From positions 2,542,001-2,606,000 of the forward strand of contig NC_047082.1 of assembly GCF_902459465.1 (NCBI RefSeq): a stretch of DNA of 64,000 nt. The letters run 5' to 3'. Shown here in pieces: positions 24,261-37,426 of the stretch (positions are counted from its first letter, which is position 1; every line of letters starts with the position of its first letter). The notes beneath the pieces were generated by a model, which saw nothing but the letters and a program-made list of their open reading frames with translations, searched no databases and had not been told where the DNA came from. The translations under genes were made by a program, and so were the position numbers. Source of the stretch: Asterias rubens (Eukaryota).

Positions 24261-25767
24261 TGGGCGGGATGGAAGGTGAGATGGTTCTATGACGACGGTG
24301 ACTCCATCATACGACCATCGCCCTTTGTCATCGCCATTGTCCTAGTAGTCGTCGTTAGCACTTTAGTCACATCTTTATAGACATGAAGGATGGTGACGCC
24401 ATTTTGTTTCTTTTCCATTAAACTCATTGTAACCAAATCGAGGTTGGGGGTTAGTTTCGTCTTTAATTAACTGGAACTAAAATGAGATATAAAATCAATC
24501 AAGCCCATCCCACTTCATATTCCAGCACGCACAAAGGAATACAGAAGTTGTTATTTTTTTTCTTTCTTGGAAATATTTTTTATTGATGGCTGCTCCAGGG
24601 CTTATCCAAACAATAGAGCACAATTCATTGATTGCGTAAACCTACTGCCTGAATTGAGTTCAATCTATTAGCTTGTCGATGAATGGAGATTTATTCCATT
24701 TCATCGCACTCTTTGTTGCAACAATGTGGTACCTGGTTTTTCTTTTCTTTTCTATTGTAAGGCAAATTGTAAAATATTTGCGAGTAGAAATGTGACGCGG
24801 GTCTAAACTGCACGTATTGATAGCACTCGATCAAATGAACCAAATTACCATATTACCAAAATGTGGTGGTGTTTTGGCGGCAACGACGGATAGCACTTCA
24901 CATCGTTGGGCACAATTTCATAGAGCTGCTTAAGCAGAAAATAATCCTTTAAAATGTCTGCTTAGCAAAAAATATATGCAGGGGACCTGTCACAAACTGT
25001 GCACAAAACATGTTATATTGGCTGGTTACTCTTTTCCAGTACAATTGTTGAGTTTAGTAAAGTTGTTGTGCTTAAGCAGCTCTATGAAATTGGACTCTGC
25101 AATCCAATTGGATGGGAGACTTTTGAACGCTAGGTGGCAGCAGACTAACCAGATAATTTCACATTGATTTCAACCTTGTGAAAAAAATACATCTTTGTCG
25201 AAAACAACATTACTTCAGAGGGAGCCGTTTCTCACAATAATTTATACTATCAACCTCTTATCTCCCCATTACTCGTTACCAAGAAAGGTTTTATGCTCAT
25301 AAATATTTTGAGTAATTACCAATAGTTTCCACTGCCTTTAAACTGGAAAAAAATCAAGATGGCCACACCATAATAAAAGTGTATTGTTGTATTCTGATCA
25401 AATGATGTCGAAATAATTTCGGTCAGTAATACTAAACCGTGTCAATTGTTATCGAGTTCAGCGACTTTAAAATACTTGTACAAGAAACCAGTATTTTTTG
25501 TAAAATCCATAATATTCTCGAATGTTTTTTTTATAGCCACAGTTAAGTTTTTTTTTAAACATCCCCTTTTGATACATGAACCATGATGCTGGTAGGAGAC
25601 TTTAATACAGCATGGCTCGAATGTTGGTTTGGGCTGTAAAATTAAATGAGCCAGCCGCTAAGTGAAATGAGTTCCTGTTGACATTTGCGGGAAACCTAAA
25701 GTAACTAAATAGTTGCTGCAGATATCCTTATGGTGCAGTGTAGTTACTATTTAAAAAGTATAAGACA

Positions 25768-25850
25768 AGAACTGAGATCCCAAGAACTAGGATCCCAAGG
25801 ATTGGGATCCCAAGAACAGAACTGGGATCCCACGGAATGGGATCCTAAGG
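25768..25850. repeat. ~15-bp tandem repeat (AACTGGGATCCCAAG)
   Basis: Five units containing GATCC. Confidence 0.75.
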
Positions 25851-26278
25851 ACGAGGATTTACGTCAGAGGCCACTCTCTGGGGTTATTCACGAGCCTCGA
25901 AGTGTGACGTCAGATGTTCAGGCTGTTGCGATACAATCTTAATATTGATATGTTGCCGCGAGAGGGCGTGGGAACAGTGATACATTTGTTATTCTTTATT
26001 GACTCTGGTCCAAGAATTAAATGATTTGCTATCTTGAAATTTATCCAAAAGGTAGGCGTACGACTCCGCCCATTAGGAGGACCATGATGGTATCACAGTA
26101 CATGACCCTGTGTCTTCAATACCCGACGAGCATGAAACCCGCTAAACTACGTCACACGTCAAAACAATCCAGGACCAAGGATGACTCATCCAGGGTTTCT
26201 GCGAAGTGACGTAACCGGTAAGCCCTCAGCTATCTCTCCCTGCCTCCCTACAATCAGTAATCCCACTTCAAATGTATA

Positions 26279-26438
26279 GGCCCTTTTCGAAACGACGGCT
26301 TCGGCTCCGGATTCGGCTCAGGCTAGCTTGGCCCCGCTGGTTGTTTTGACAATATTGCGCGTGCTTTGCGTATACGCATTCAGGGCTTCAGACGAGAGAA
26401 CGGAGCCTCAAGCAGAAGCCGTGGTTTCGAAACGGGCC
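26279..26438. mobile_element. Small Harbinger-like MITE
   Basis: GGCCCTTTTCGAAACGACGGCTTCGGCT ... AGCAGAAGCCGTGGTTTCGAAACGGGCC, with ATA on both flanks. Confidence 0.65.
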
Positions 26439-27940
26439 ATAGAGTGAAAAGACCTTGAATATTATGATTACGTTAATAATACAGTCACTGACCGTCATTG
26501 GTTGTTGTTACGTAATATTAACGGGAATGGTCATAATGGCAAGTGCAACAACAGGAGCAGCTGCGGTGCCGTAATTGTCAAAACGGTCTCTTAGGATCTG
26601 GTCTTGAATTGGTTTATTTTGTTGTAATTATTGGGATATTTTGAAGTGGGGATTGGAAGCGGGGGGATTTCTGGGAATGGGTTCTGAAAAACTAATTATT
26701 GTTGGGGAAATGACTTATTAAGTGACAGCTCGTTAGTATTTGCACTTCGTATAATTCTTCCATGAAATACTCCCGTTTGAATTAAGTGTTACAACTGAGT
26801 GTGGTACATACTCCCCCCCCCCCCACCCCAAATAAATATGAGCCCCTAAGTGTTCACCATTTTGAAATCCGGGCCTTTTTTATTTCAATACATTTCATAA
26901 GCTTTAACGATGATAACTCCAATGTTTTAAATATATGTATTTGTTTTTTAAACTCATATCGGATTATTTTGTATAAAATAGTAAATGGCATGAGAATGGC
27001 GTTTAAAAGGGCTTGCTCTAAAGAAGTGAGAATGTTACCATAGTTTCGGCGCTGTTTGATCAAAGTTAATTGCATTTGAGGACCCCAAACGCTGCTTATT
27101 TCAACGACCATCCCGTGACACTGTCATATTCCCTAATTCACGAACTTCTTTGTGTTGTTTTGACGAAAACATGGATGAATTTGATGAAGTAGTCACATAC
27201 TGGCTACTTTTATGAAAACTGGATTGGAATTATAAACCAATCTTACACAGTGTCACAAGAGGGCGACTTTTGTGCATTTATGTTCTTATTCATTACGTCA
27301 TCAATAACTTTACAAAAAAAAATTGTTTAGTTACTTTTTATCAAACTTTAAAAACGATACAGCTTCCGAGTTCGAAATACTATGATTGCGAAGAATGGAA
27401 GAAAGGTCCTTGCAGCAAGCAGCAAGTTTGTCTGTGAATCGGTCAGAATAACATGTAGTAACAAACACATTCTAAGAATTTCACTTATCACCTTTTGGAG
27501 AAAGAGTAATTTTTTTTGCTCCTTTTCGAGCCGGAAACGTTCTTTGTTTGTATCTTCCAAAGAATCGGAACAAAGACTTGTCAATCGATACGTAGGGAGG
27601 GAGGGGGGGGGGGCGTTGGCTGCTGACAAACAAATCTTCTTGGGTCCACTTTTGCTGGTATATTGCTTGATTCAACCGTGAGCAAAACCCATCTAGTCAC
27701 AGTTCCCTGCACAATTATATTAACATTTATCAATTTTTCAAGGAGTGATATCCGACTCTGAAGTAGTTCATTATATTATTGAGGGATAGAAATGTTTTCA
27801 ACCTTTTGATAATAACCACTTATTGTGTTGATACCGCAGTTCGCTTATTGCGTAATACTAGAAACGAAGTGACCTTCGGGTTTTGCGGCAGGTTTCTGTG
27901 AAATGTTTTTTGGTAAAGTAAATAATAAAGTACGCGTTAA

Positions 27941-28319
27941 AGGCAGTGGACACTATTGGTAACTACTCAAAATAATTATTAGCACAAAACCTTACTTGGT
28001 AACTAATAATGGGGAGAGGTTGATCGTACAAAACATTGTGAGAAACAGCTCCCTCTGAAGTGACGTAGTTTTCGAGAAAGAAGTAATTTTCCACGAATTT
28101 GATTTCGAGACCTCAAGTTTAGAACTTGAGGTCTCGAAATCAAGCATCAGGAAGCACACAACTTCGTGTGACAAGGGTGTTTTTTCTTTCATTATTATCG
28201 CGCAACTTCTGCGACCGATTGAACTCAAATTTTCACAGGTTTTGTTATTTTATGCATATGTTGAGATGCACCAAGTGAGAATACTGGTCTTTGACAATTA
28301 CCAATAGTGTCCAATGTCT
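27941..28319. mobile_element. MITE family A, full-length, opposite orientation
   Basis: TTAA flanks, TIRs, body is the reverse complement of 21895-22272. Confidence 0.9.
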
Positions 28320-29291
28320 TTAATCTCGTTAAAAAAACTTGGCAGCTTACACTTTTAATTTTCATTTAATCCGTTGCCAAGGTTGTATTCTGGGAAACTG
28401 GGCACTTGTGGATTTTGGATTACGTAACCATTTACGGGTGAAATGTTGTGTTTTGCGCGCGAGAGAAAAGAAGATGCGCGCCCCTGCTGGGTGATTTCAA
28501 AAAGACCACGTGATCTTGTTTGCTTTGAAGGCCGATCCTTGAGTTTATTAGGGCCTCTCTTGGCAGCCAAGTTTGTGTTAAAGCCATTGGACACTTTCGG
28601 TAAACAGTATTGTATTGTAAAGGCCCATACTTCGTGTAGCACAACTTTTATATAAAATAACAAATCTGTGAAAATTTAGGCTTAATCGGTCATCGGAGTC
28701 GGGAGAAAATAACGGGAAAACCCATACCTTGTTTCCGCACGTTTCGCCGCGTGACATGTGTTTAAAATAAATCCGTAATTCTCGACAACGACAATTGATA
28801 ATTGTCTTAATGTTTTCTCGAAAAGTAAAGCATTTCATGGAATAATATTTCAAAAGAAGTCTTTCACCATTACCTTCTGTAAACCCTGTAAGTTATTTGT
28901 ATATCTGTGAATTTTTTTTTTCTGTGCCGAAAGTGTATAATCGCTTTAAAGGGGAAAGTTTTATCTTTAACTGCTTGTATTTTTTCCACATCGAATTAAT
29001 CATATTATTTGAAAGAATCCCGGCTGAGTGAGTTTTCTTGTGTGACTGACCATTTCCTTTGAGAGAGAAGTACTTTAGTTCCTTCCTCTGCAATATGCAA
29101 CAACAAAAAACATACAAAGAAATAAATCACATCAGAAGGGAAAGTTGATACAAGCTTTACTGATAACGTCATGAAATGCATATCTACATTTGTATCTTCA
29201 ATATAGACCTTTTGACATATGACATCACGTTTACAAAAGAGACACTGCGACTAAACTTCGTGCCATTATCACTTCGGCCTATGCACATTAA

Positions 29292-29657
29292 AGGAACACG
29301 TTGCCTCGGATCGGTCGAGTTGGTCCTTGAAAAGCGTTCTGTAACCGTTTGTTATAAAATCGATATGGTTAGAAAGATGTTGCAAAAGAAGAATACAATG
29401 ATCTACACAAATATGCCTCGAAATTGCGTGGTTTTCTTTTTACCTCGTCGATTAACACGGTCGGCCATTTATGGGAGTCAAATTTTTTACTTCCATAAAT
29501 GGCCGACCGTGTTAGTTCGCGACGTAAAATGACAACCGTGCAATTTTGAGTGATACTTGTGTGGACCATTATATTCTACCTTGAAACCATTTTTCTAACC
29601 AAGCATTTCATAACAAACGGTTGCAAACGTGTTTTTGAGACCAACTCGTCCGATTCC
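29292..29657. mobile_element. Palindromic Kolobok-like MITE, right end truncated
   Basis: TTAA|AGGAACACG start; arms complementary over most of the length; central hairpin AACACGGTCGGCCATTTATGG..CCATAAATGGCCGACCGTGTT. Confidence 0.75.
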
Positions 29658-30514
29658 AAACATCAACTCTGATATTTTATGGAGGTTTTTATCATATTTA
29701 TATATGACGAAAGGGGTACATCATTCTCCACACTTTGACATTTACCAAAGGTGTCCGGTGCTTTCTAATCGAGCATGAATTTGTCTTGAGGTTGACCCGT
29801 TCTTCCTGGTGGGTTATGCGGCACAGATAACGGTCAACTTGCTTGATATAGACCGGTGCACTATATGAGATTGTTTATGGAATGGGTATAGCGTATGGTA
29901 AATGGGTAGGCGTTGAAAATAGATAAAAACCCACGATGGTTTGGCGTTTCGGAATTTGAGTCTTTCGCATTAGACTTTTGTTGTGGTTGTCAGATTTCAT
30001 TCTCTCCTCCAATTTTAAGGTCCCTCTGCTAAGATTTATTGATCCTTTTTGCGTCGTACGGAACTATGTTTAGTTCATAAATCAATAGTTTAAGAATCCT
30101 TCACGGTAAGACATTTGTTGATGTGGATGACACCTTAGTTGTCAAGGGTGGGGCGGGGTGGGGGTGAGTAGGTGTTCACATTCAAATAACCCTCCAGGGT
30201 TCGGGAAAGTTCCACAGTTGGGAACCGTGTCCAAAACCAATGGGAGGTGTTGCAAATAAAAGTGTTACCAAAAGAGGAACAGGAGGTCCATGGTTGCAGG
30301 CGTACACAAGCTTGGTGGGTGAGTGGGGATAAATACCGACCACTTCAATCGAGGGTGGTTTGAACCTTGACCTAGTGACGTAATGTCAGCCTTGAGTTTA
30401 TGCCCGAAAACGGGCCTTGTGTGTTTTTGGGGTTTTGTCTGTTTTATCACTCCTTCATGGTTCGCTGGACCGGAACGTAAATATCTCACAAGCAGCTGTT
30501 TACTTATTGTCCAG

Positions 30515-30830
30515 CTTTATGAATGAGGTCACCAATGCACCAAACGCGTAATGGAACAACTTCAAAAAATATTATGAACACAGCTGTGATATCGCTTTGG
30601 GGAGATGAACCGGGACAGAATTCAGTATTTGGATTCGACCTGACCTGTTTAAAGACCATAACAACAGAAGTAGAATAGATTACTGCTTTGGGTTTAATAA
30701 CAATGCCAGTAACTCGCCTGCATTTCAATGTGTTGTTATAGTATCTCACTGAAAAGTCAACTTGTATGTTTTTAGAATAACCATGGAGGTAGAAGGGATT
30801 TGAGGCATTGCATGGTGAGGTATCAATATA
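30515..30830 (+). pseudogene. Possible decayed L1/Tx1-like endonuclease domain
   Basis: Plus translation with stops: SCDIALGR*TGTEFSIWIRP..RSRIDYCF..VIVSH*KVNL..GI*GIAW, resembling D.WR...P....TW.....SRIDY...SDH..V......GPG.W. Confidence 0.45.
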
Positions 30831-31722
30831 TATATTTGGTTTGCGCATTGAGCAAGGAAACACCACGGGTAGGCTGTATCTTATACTTGCAAGGAGAGTT
30901 TTTTTTTGGAGAGCTGTTATTCTATACATACGGTTATTCAAACGCTTTTTTGTAGACCAACTCGCCCTACATAAACTTGTGTTCAAACATCTCGTCTATA
31001 CCCAACACTGTACTCCATTGTGAAAGTCCTTGCCCTTAACGAATAGAACCATAAAACGACATTTAATGTCATTTTTATACAAATAAATATCGCATATGGA
31101 CTTGCTGTCCCATACATTTTAATAGAGTTTAATAGAAATGCACATAAAATTAATACATTAATTTCGTTGTAGAGTAATTTCTTTTTTAATAATGATGGGA
31201 ATAGATGACTATATAATATTGATTGTTCGCTGAAAATTAATTAAGTTTTCGCTTTGTATGGGCAATAACTCCTATCTGGAGTGAAACATTTCTACCAGGA
31301 TGCTTGAGGCGGATTATAGCTATAACTTTTATAGTTTCTAATTTAATTTTAAAACTTTATGTGACGAGTTTTGTACTGTAAATGCCCGTCCGCCACGTTA
31401 CTCACGATTGGCAATTACTTTATATTTTTAATCGAACAAAAGTCGTAGCACCTGGTTTCAAGAGACATTTGCATGAACATTGTATGTGACAATTATGTCA
31501 ATTCTACAACTATCAGGGCGTGTGAACACATACACTAGTGAAAATAGAGGCAAAAACGTAAATTTTTAATTTGTCACGTTATGCATATTTCCACTGCTTA
31601 CCCCTTTCTACTTTTTTGATATGTTGTTTTTGGAGGGTTTAAAGAGACTGTTGCCAAAAAATAATTTATGTTGCAATTTTGTCTAGGTCAAGCCATTCTT
31701 TCGCTTAGATTGACTAGACTAA

Positions 31723-31877
31723 TGGGTGCGTTTGTTTAGCTTCCCTGGGTCTACCCCGTCGTGTGGCGTTTTTTTCCCAGGACGAAAGTGTGCAGATAAT
31801 TACCCACTTTCGTCCTGAAAAAAAACCCACCACCCACACACCGGGGTCGACCCAGGGGAGCTAAACGAACGCACCCA
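31723..31877. mobile_element. Small hairpin MITE
   Basis: TGGGTGCGTTTGTTTAGCTTCCCTGGGTCTACCCC ... GGGGTCGACCCAGGGGAGCTAAACGAACGCACCCA, with central CAGGACGAAAGTG..CACTTTCGTCCTG. Confidence 0.75.
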
Positions 31878-31894
31878 TAGTTGGTATGACCATA

Positions 31895-32065
31895 CCTCCA
31901 TGGTATGACACTGCTCAAGAACAACAAAGGTCATCGGGTGGGTTCGAATCCCACCCGAGTAATATGCCTGTGATTTTTTTCACAGAACTCGGGTAAGTAC
32001 TGAGTATACAGTGCTGTAACACACATCGGTGCATATGGGTGAAAACCAAAATGAACTTCTTTATT
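31895..32065 (+). mobile_element. tRNA-derived SINE family F
   Basis: GGGTTCGAATCCCACCCGAGTAATATGCCTGTGATTTTTT..CAGTGCT..ACACACATCGGTG. Other copies at about 11665-11730 (-), 21760-22325 (+, split), 41240-41340 (-), 46070-46235 (-), 48885-48960 (-), 60025-60075 (-). Confidence 0.75.
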
Positions 32066-32759
32066 CTTCCCAAACTTGTCACCGTATCATGGCAGTCGTT
32101 GTGCAAGGCAGTTTCATGATTACAACACATAGATTGAGATTTATTTCTGACATGGAACAGCCGTTGGTTGCAAGAGCAGTGCCTGAGTTTCGCTGTTGTG
32201 ATACCCATGGCCTAAATACGCTACGTGGTTATTGGCGCACCATGGTGACGTCACACCATTATACGAGATAAGGTCGAGATTTTGAGAGAAAACATTTGGT
32301 CGGGCGCGTTTTTATTTTCTTACCAAGTACGCAAAACATATTTTACTAACACTCCTGCCATATCAGTTTATTGTTAAATTCAGCAAAGGCAAGCCACCCC
32401 CACTCAACTTTCAAAAGACAAAATTTCGACATAAGTTAAAAGTCACATTGACATGCCCTATAGCAGCGTGCAGGGATTGTGTTTTGCGAAATGTTTTCTT
32501 CGAATTTGAGCTGCGCTTTGTACTTTTATTGAATCCCCTATTGAATTGGAATATTGTGCAACGGGGACAATGAAGTTGGAGTGGGATTTGAGATAGATGG
32601 TGTACCGTTGAGGCGTGATTTTACACGGCCGGGGTTGTGGCCCTGACCCGCTTCGATTCAAAGCCACTGTCGTTGCATAATGAGACGTTCCTTTCCCTGA
32701 AATAAAAACCCGTTTTAATAAAGACGTATTACATTTGTATACATGGTACACCGGGGGCC

Positions 32760-33060
32760 GTGGTAAGGTTGAACACTGTTCACTCCTTGTGTGATTTACT
32801 CTTTGATCCAGAGAAGCAATTATGGTTGAAGAAGAACTAATTGCCTTTCCAGATAATCAGTGCAGATTCATATGTTTGTCCTGTTTTTTAGTGTTGTGCA
32901 TATCCTAATTTGTTGAAATGATACACTGACTTGTGGCTATGGTAAGGTTTACTCCTTGAAGCAGAGCAGCAATTATGGTTAAAGACAATCTTATTGTCCT
33001 TTTCAGTTAACAGTCATTGCGGGTTCATACGTATTACTTGTTTTTTGTTGTGTATATCCT
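32760..33060. repeat. Diverged ~180-bp tandem duplication
   Basis: Two copies of GGTAAGGTT..ACTCCTTG..GCAATTATGGTT.AAGA..TGTG.ATATCCT. Confidence 0.6.
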
Positions 33061-35830
33061 TTCACTAAGGTCTTCAAAACGCAGCTATGAAATAAAGGAA
33101 AATATTCTTGGAAACATGTCTCTGTCCGGAGGCTGTTGCACTCGTGCTACGATCCGACAGGAGAAGGGATGGTGATTTGAAAGGGTTTATGGTGATGTGG
33201 TTACCCATGCATGTAGACCTACCAGTCATTTCAAACACCACAATGCCCCTCGGCTATCCCTACCTTCATCAATAACCATCACTTTCAATTCAAGTCCGCG
33301 GAATTAGGAACACAACTTCAAGATTCGGTTTTATACACTTTTGTTCATTCCCTTTTTATTAATATATTAATTGACAATTTAAAGTTCATGAGATTTGTTA
33401 TACTCAACTCCCCCATCCCCATCCTCTACCGATCCCCGACCCCCGCCCCCCCCCCTCGTTTCCCTACCAGCATATAGTACTTTTTATGTGCGATAGTACT
33501 TTTTATGATACCTTTTTATGTTCTCTTTATCCGACAGTGGATCATTTTCCAATTATGGTTTACGATTGTTTGGAATATTATTGGTATAATTTTGGTTTGC
33601 GGTGGCACCATGTTTGCATCTACCGGCCAGGGCCCAATGTCACAAAGCCTGTACGCAGATAAAAAACAAGACTACCAACCAGATTTTAACTTGTTGCATA
33701 TTGCTTGTTACTGGCATTCAGCTATTGTTTGCTTATCCTGAATATCACGTGGAAATTTGGTTGGTAATCCTATTTTTATTAAGGAAGACATTTCATGCTA
33801 AGCTGGTTACCAGCTTTCTGAAATTGGGCCCTGGTAGATTGTGTTCTTTTGAGAGCTTGCCTTGCTTTATATTCTACTGTGTATTATTGGTCTTCTAAAA
33901 CCCCAGTGCTCAATCTTTGAAAGGGCGCTAGTGTTATTTCTGTTGGACAAAGGTAGAGATCATGTGACTAAAGGGGGGGATCAAGGTCACATGACATCTT
34001 CCAGTTAAATGCTGATTGCCCATAATTTTGGTTCGCACCTCAGTGACCCTTTTCATGTCATTTTTATCTATAGGCACGTGCGTATATTGAGCCTTCTTAT
34101 AACTTTCGCTTTTGGTGGTGTGGCCCGTATAGTAAACACCTATGTATACGGCTGTTGCCTGAACACTTGTTTCGCTTTCACCTGCGGCTGTGTTAATGCA
34201 TTCCAAGTTTGTTGACCTTTTCAAATTTCGTCATCAGAAGTTTCTCGATTTAAATTGATGATTTTTCTTTGAAGTTCAATGAAATGAGAAGATGAGAGGT
34301 TTTTGTTATATATAATAAATCTATCATATTTCACAACACTTATAAATGACTTAGTTATTTACCAAAGCTTGCCTATTTGATTTTGATAACCATTTAAACG
34401 GGAACCTTTATCTTGGTTTATATCTATCGTTAATTTCTCTTTTTCAGAACCAGGATGAAACTTCTCATATAAATGGTCCACCCCATTTTGATTGATTCAC
34501 GATTTGTAGCCCATCCCTAACCCAAGCCTGTATACCTCATTTTTAAAAGGGCAAGGGCACCAAGGCATTTTTATCCTTATAAAGGGCACCCTATGAGGAA
34601 TTTGTAATTTTCTGCTGGCGCATTTCAAGAGCACCAAGGCATTACCATGGGGCATGGGGGCAATCACCTCCATTGCCTCCGTGAAGTACCAGACCCTGCT
34701 AACCCTAATATTACTTTTAATAATATCCTTGTCATATATAGCGCACGTATCTACCAAACAAGGCCGGTACTCAAGGCGCCGAGATATACAAACTTTCAGT
34801 GATTCTGAGACCCGATTATTTAGCACCTTCTAAGGGTTTACAAGGTGCTATGGCGCCTATATAGCAGCCACAGCCAGGAACACCGGCGGGGCGAACTCTT
34901 TCTCTTTTCGAAAAGTGCACTGGGTTCTTTTACATGCGTTACCCAACACATGGGACCAACGGCTTTACGTCCCATCCGAAGGAAGGACGAAGCAATGGTT
35001 AAGTGTCTTGCTTATTAAGGACATAGTGTCACGAGACTGACGGTTGCAACAAGCCAACTTTATTTCTCTGTTTGTTTCTTCCGAAACTTCACCATCCTCG
35101 TGAAAAGTTGACCCCCCCCCCCCCGCTCCTAAAATAAGATATTCTTACTTGAATGTAAAAATACAATTTCGTAAAGCTGTTCAGCAGAAAATACTGCTTG
35201 ACAAATTCTTTTCTTCGAGCGGAGCACCAGTCACAACAATGCAAATTAAACCTAGTTTTGGCTGGTAACTCTGCTAAGTATTTCTTGTCTGTGCTTAGTA
35301 AGTTTGTATTGCTTACTTGCTTTATGAAATTGGGCCCAGCACGGAATAGCCGTACTCTACAGATATACAAATATTTGTGAATAATATGCGACCTCGTCAG
35401 CCCATACATGATTTATACAAGCGTGCAAAATGTATTATTTAAATAAACTCTCAATGTTATCCCAGTTGTGTGCCCATTCTTCTGACCCACGAGAGTTCGT
35501 GGACTCGAAAAGGGGAACAAAAAACAAAAAAGAAAGTATTTTTTTGCAATAATATTTAGGGAGTACGCCTGACACCTTCAGAGACATTGTTGGTCTTCTT
35601 CCCCTTGTCACTTCGAATGACTCGACGGCACGTTCCATATCCAAAGTCAAGGACCCCATGGGTATGTCTTGCAAGAACACACCCACGCGTCACGTGCCGA
35701 GAGTCACCTGACTGCCACTATACCTTTTGTGGCCCTTGATTGTACCTTGCTCAATGGTAGACTTGATTCAAGTCTTAGATCGCAATTATCAGCCACAAAA
35801 ATGCCCCCCACATTATAAGCTAACACGCGC

Positions 35831-36319
35831 GCCGGTGTCAGATGCAATTGTGTCCGCCATGCAATACTCTCCGCTCCGGACACTTTTGCATATGCAATCG
35901 TGTCCGGGGCTATGCAAAAACCGTCCGGTGGACCGTGTACATGACTAATCTGTACATGTGTGTGCGCGCGTAAGCGAGCGTGCATTACTGAACCTACGTA
36001 TCCCAACATGAATATTTTATGATTGCAGCGAATACCCAACGGCCAAACATTTCCCATGTCATTCATGACATGCACTTAGCTTGTAAAAAAATGGCGAACG
36101 TGTCCCGTCGGCAATGGGCGTTTAGTTTACTGCAAGGACGGTTTTGCACGGGGGCGGACACAACTGCATATGCAAATGTGTCCGGGCGGACACAATTGCA
36201 TTATGCAGCAGCGTCCGGGCGGAGACGAATGCATATGCAAAACCGTCCGGCGGACATTATTGCATATGCAGTCTTCCGGATAGTATTGCATAGAGGACAT
36301 AATTGCATGCGACACCGGC
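35831..36319. mobile_element. MITE family G (~490 bp, internal CGTCCGGGCGGACA..TGCA sub-repeats)
   Basis: TIR GCCGGTGTC(AG/GC)ATGCAATTRTGTCC at both ends; no clear target duplication. Second copy at 37811-38288; fragments at 52657-52791 and 62443-62491. Confidence 0.8.
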
Positions 36320-37267
36320 CCTAGATGAGCTAAATGACGAAGGTTGAACACAAGAGGGCGCTGTTTGTAGCGGCTATCAGGACGAAAGACTTGGAACCAA
36401 GTCTAGCTCTATGGTACCATTACCAACCTTGGAAGAGATACACTATTATCTTTGTTTTTCCAATCTTGTTGCTATATTCCTTCACCCACACACTTCATAA
36501 TATATCGCCCCAAACATGCCAAAGTTGAGCCAACTGTGGAGTTTGAATCACGTTATACAACGTAATCTTCGAGAAAGACTCTGTCGATCAGGGTCGAGAC
36601 GTCGGGCCATTAGCTATTTTTTGCATTGATATTACCGTATGTAATGTTGGTAAAAGCTAATTCTATTTTTCTCACCAAGTAACCTAAGTTCATGTTTAAA
36701 AAACATTACCTCAAGTCGTACAAATCGCGTTCATTCCACCTAAGTCTACTGCCGTTTTTGGCACCTTATGACCACAATATCACGTGTGGACGTTCCTTTC
36801 CTTGAGGAAAATCCTATTCCTCGACACTTTAAATAACACTGTGTGGACGTGTCTAAGTCTACACATAGTGATTCAAGTACATACACTATGTGGACCTCAT
36901 GTGGACCTCATCTGTCCACAGGTTCACTACAAGGCCCTAAATAGCGTTAAAACAGGAAATTTAGTAAAACAATCTTCCAACACCTCGCTTTACATCTTGA
37001 AAACAAGAGATAATCGAATGATTCAATCACCGTATCACTTAACATGAAGGTTTGTTTTGCTGGGGTTGTTGTACCGGTACCAAAAGGCGACCCTGGGCAA
37101 AATTTTATAAAGTAGCTCAACACAATTATGCTTACCAGAATACGTTTACCAGGCAAAATACCTGTGTCACATGTACTACTTGTGACTGGTATCCTGCTCA
37201 TTTTTGCTTAGCAGAAAATGTGTGAGCAATATTTCTTGTTTAAGAAGCTCTTTGACATTGGGTCCTG

Positions 37268-37426
37268 GGGTGGATTTCACAAAGGTAACCTAGGCAATGC
37301 TAAGAGATAGGACTGGTCCTAAGTTAGGACCAGTAACAGTAACTCATCCTAACTTAGGACTGGTCCTATCTCTTAGCATTGCCTAGGACTAGTCCTAAGT
37401 TAGGACTACCTTTGTGAAATCCACCC
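37268..37426. mobile_element. MITE family C (hairpin-rich TAGGACTAGTCCTA type, CWG target), exemplar copy
   Basis: CTG|GGGTGGATTTCACAAAG ... CTTTGTGAAATCCACCC|CTG with a largely self-complementary interior. Relatives at 6856-7188, 6963-7129, 11196-11325, 12794-12975, 20469-20614, 45616-45730, 50073-50214 and 58589-58759. Confidence 0.85.

Noticed and set aside
33934-34224. 96-aa minus ORF and an overlapping plus frame with LSDPFHV (RT-like)
   Set aside because: No YADD or GIY-YIG continuation; too little signal to call.
35560-35700. VLDFGYGTC resembling SAM-methyltransferase motif I
   Set aside because: Frame is bounded by stops within about 55 codons, with no acceptor and no further methyltransferase motifs.
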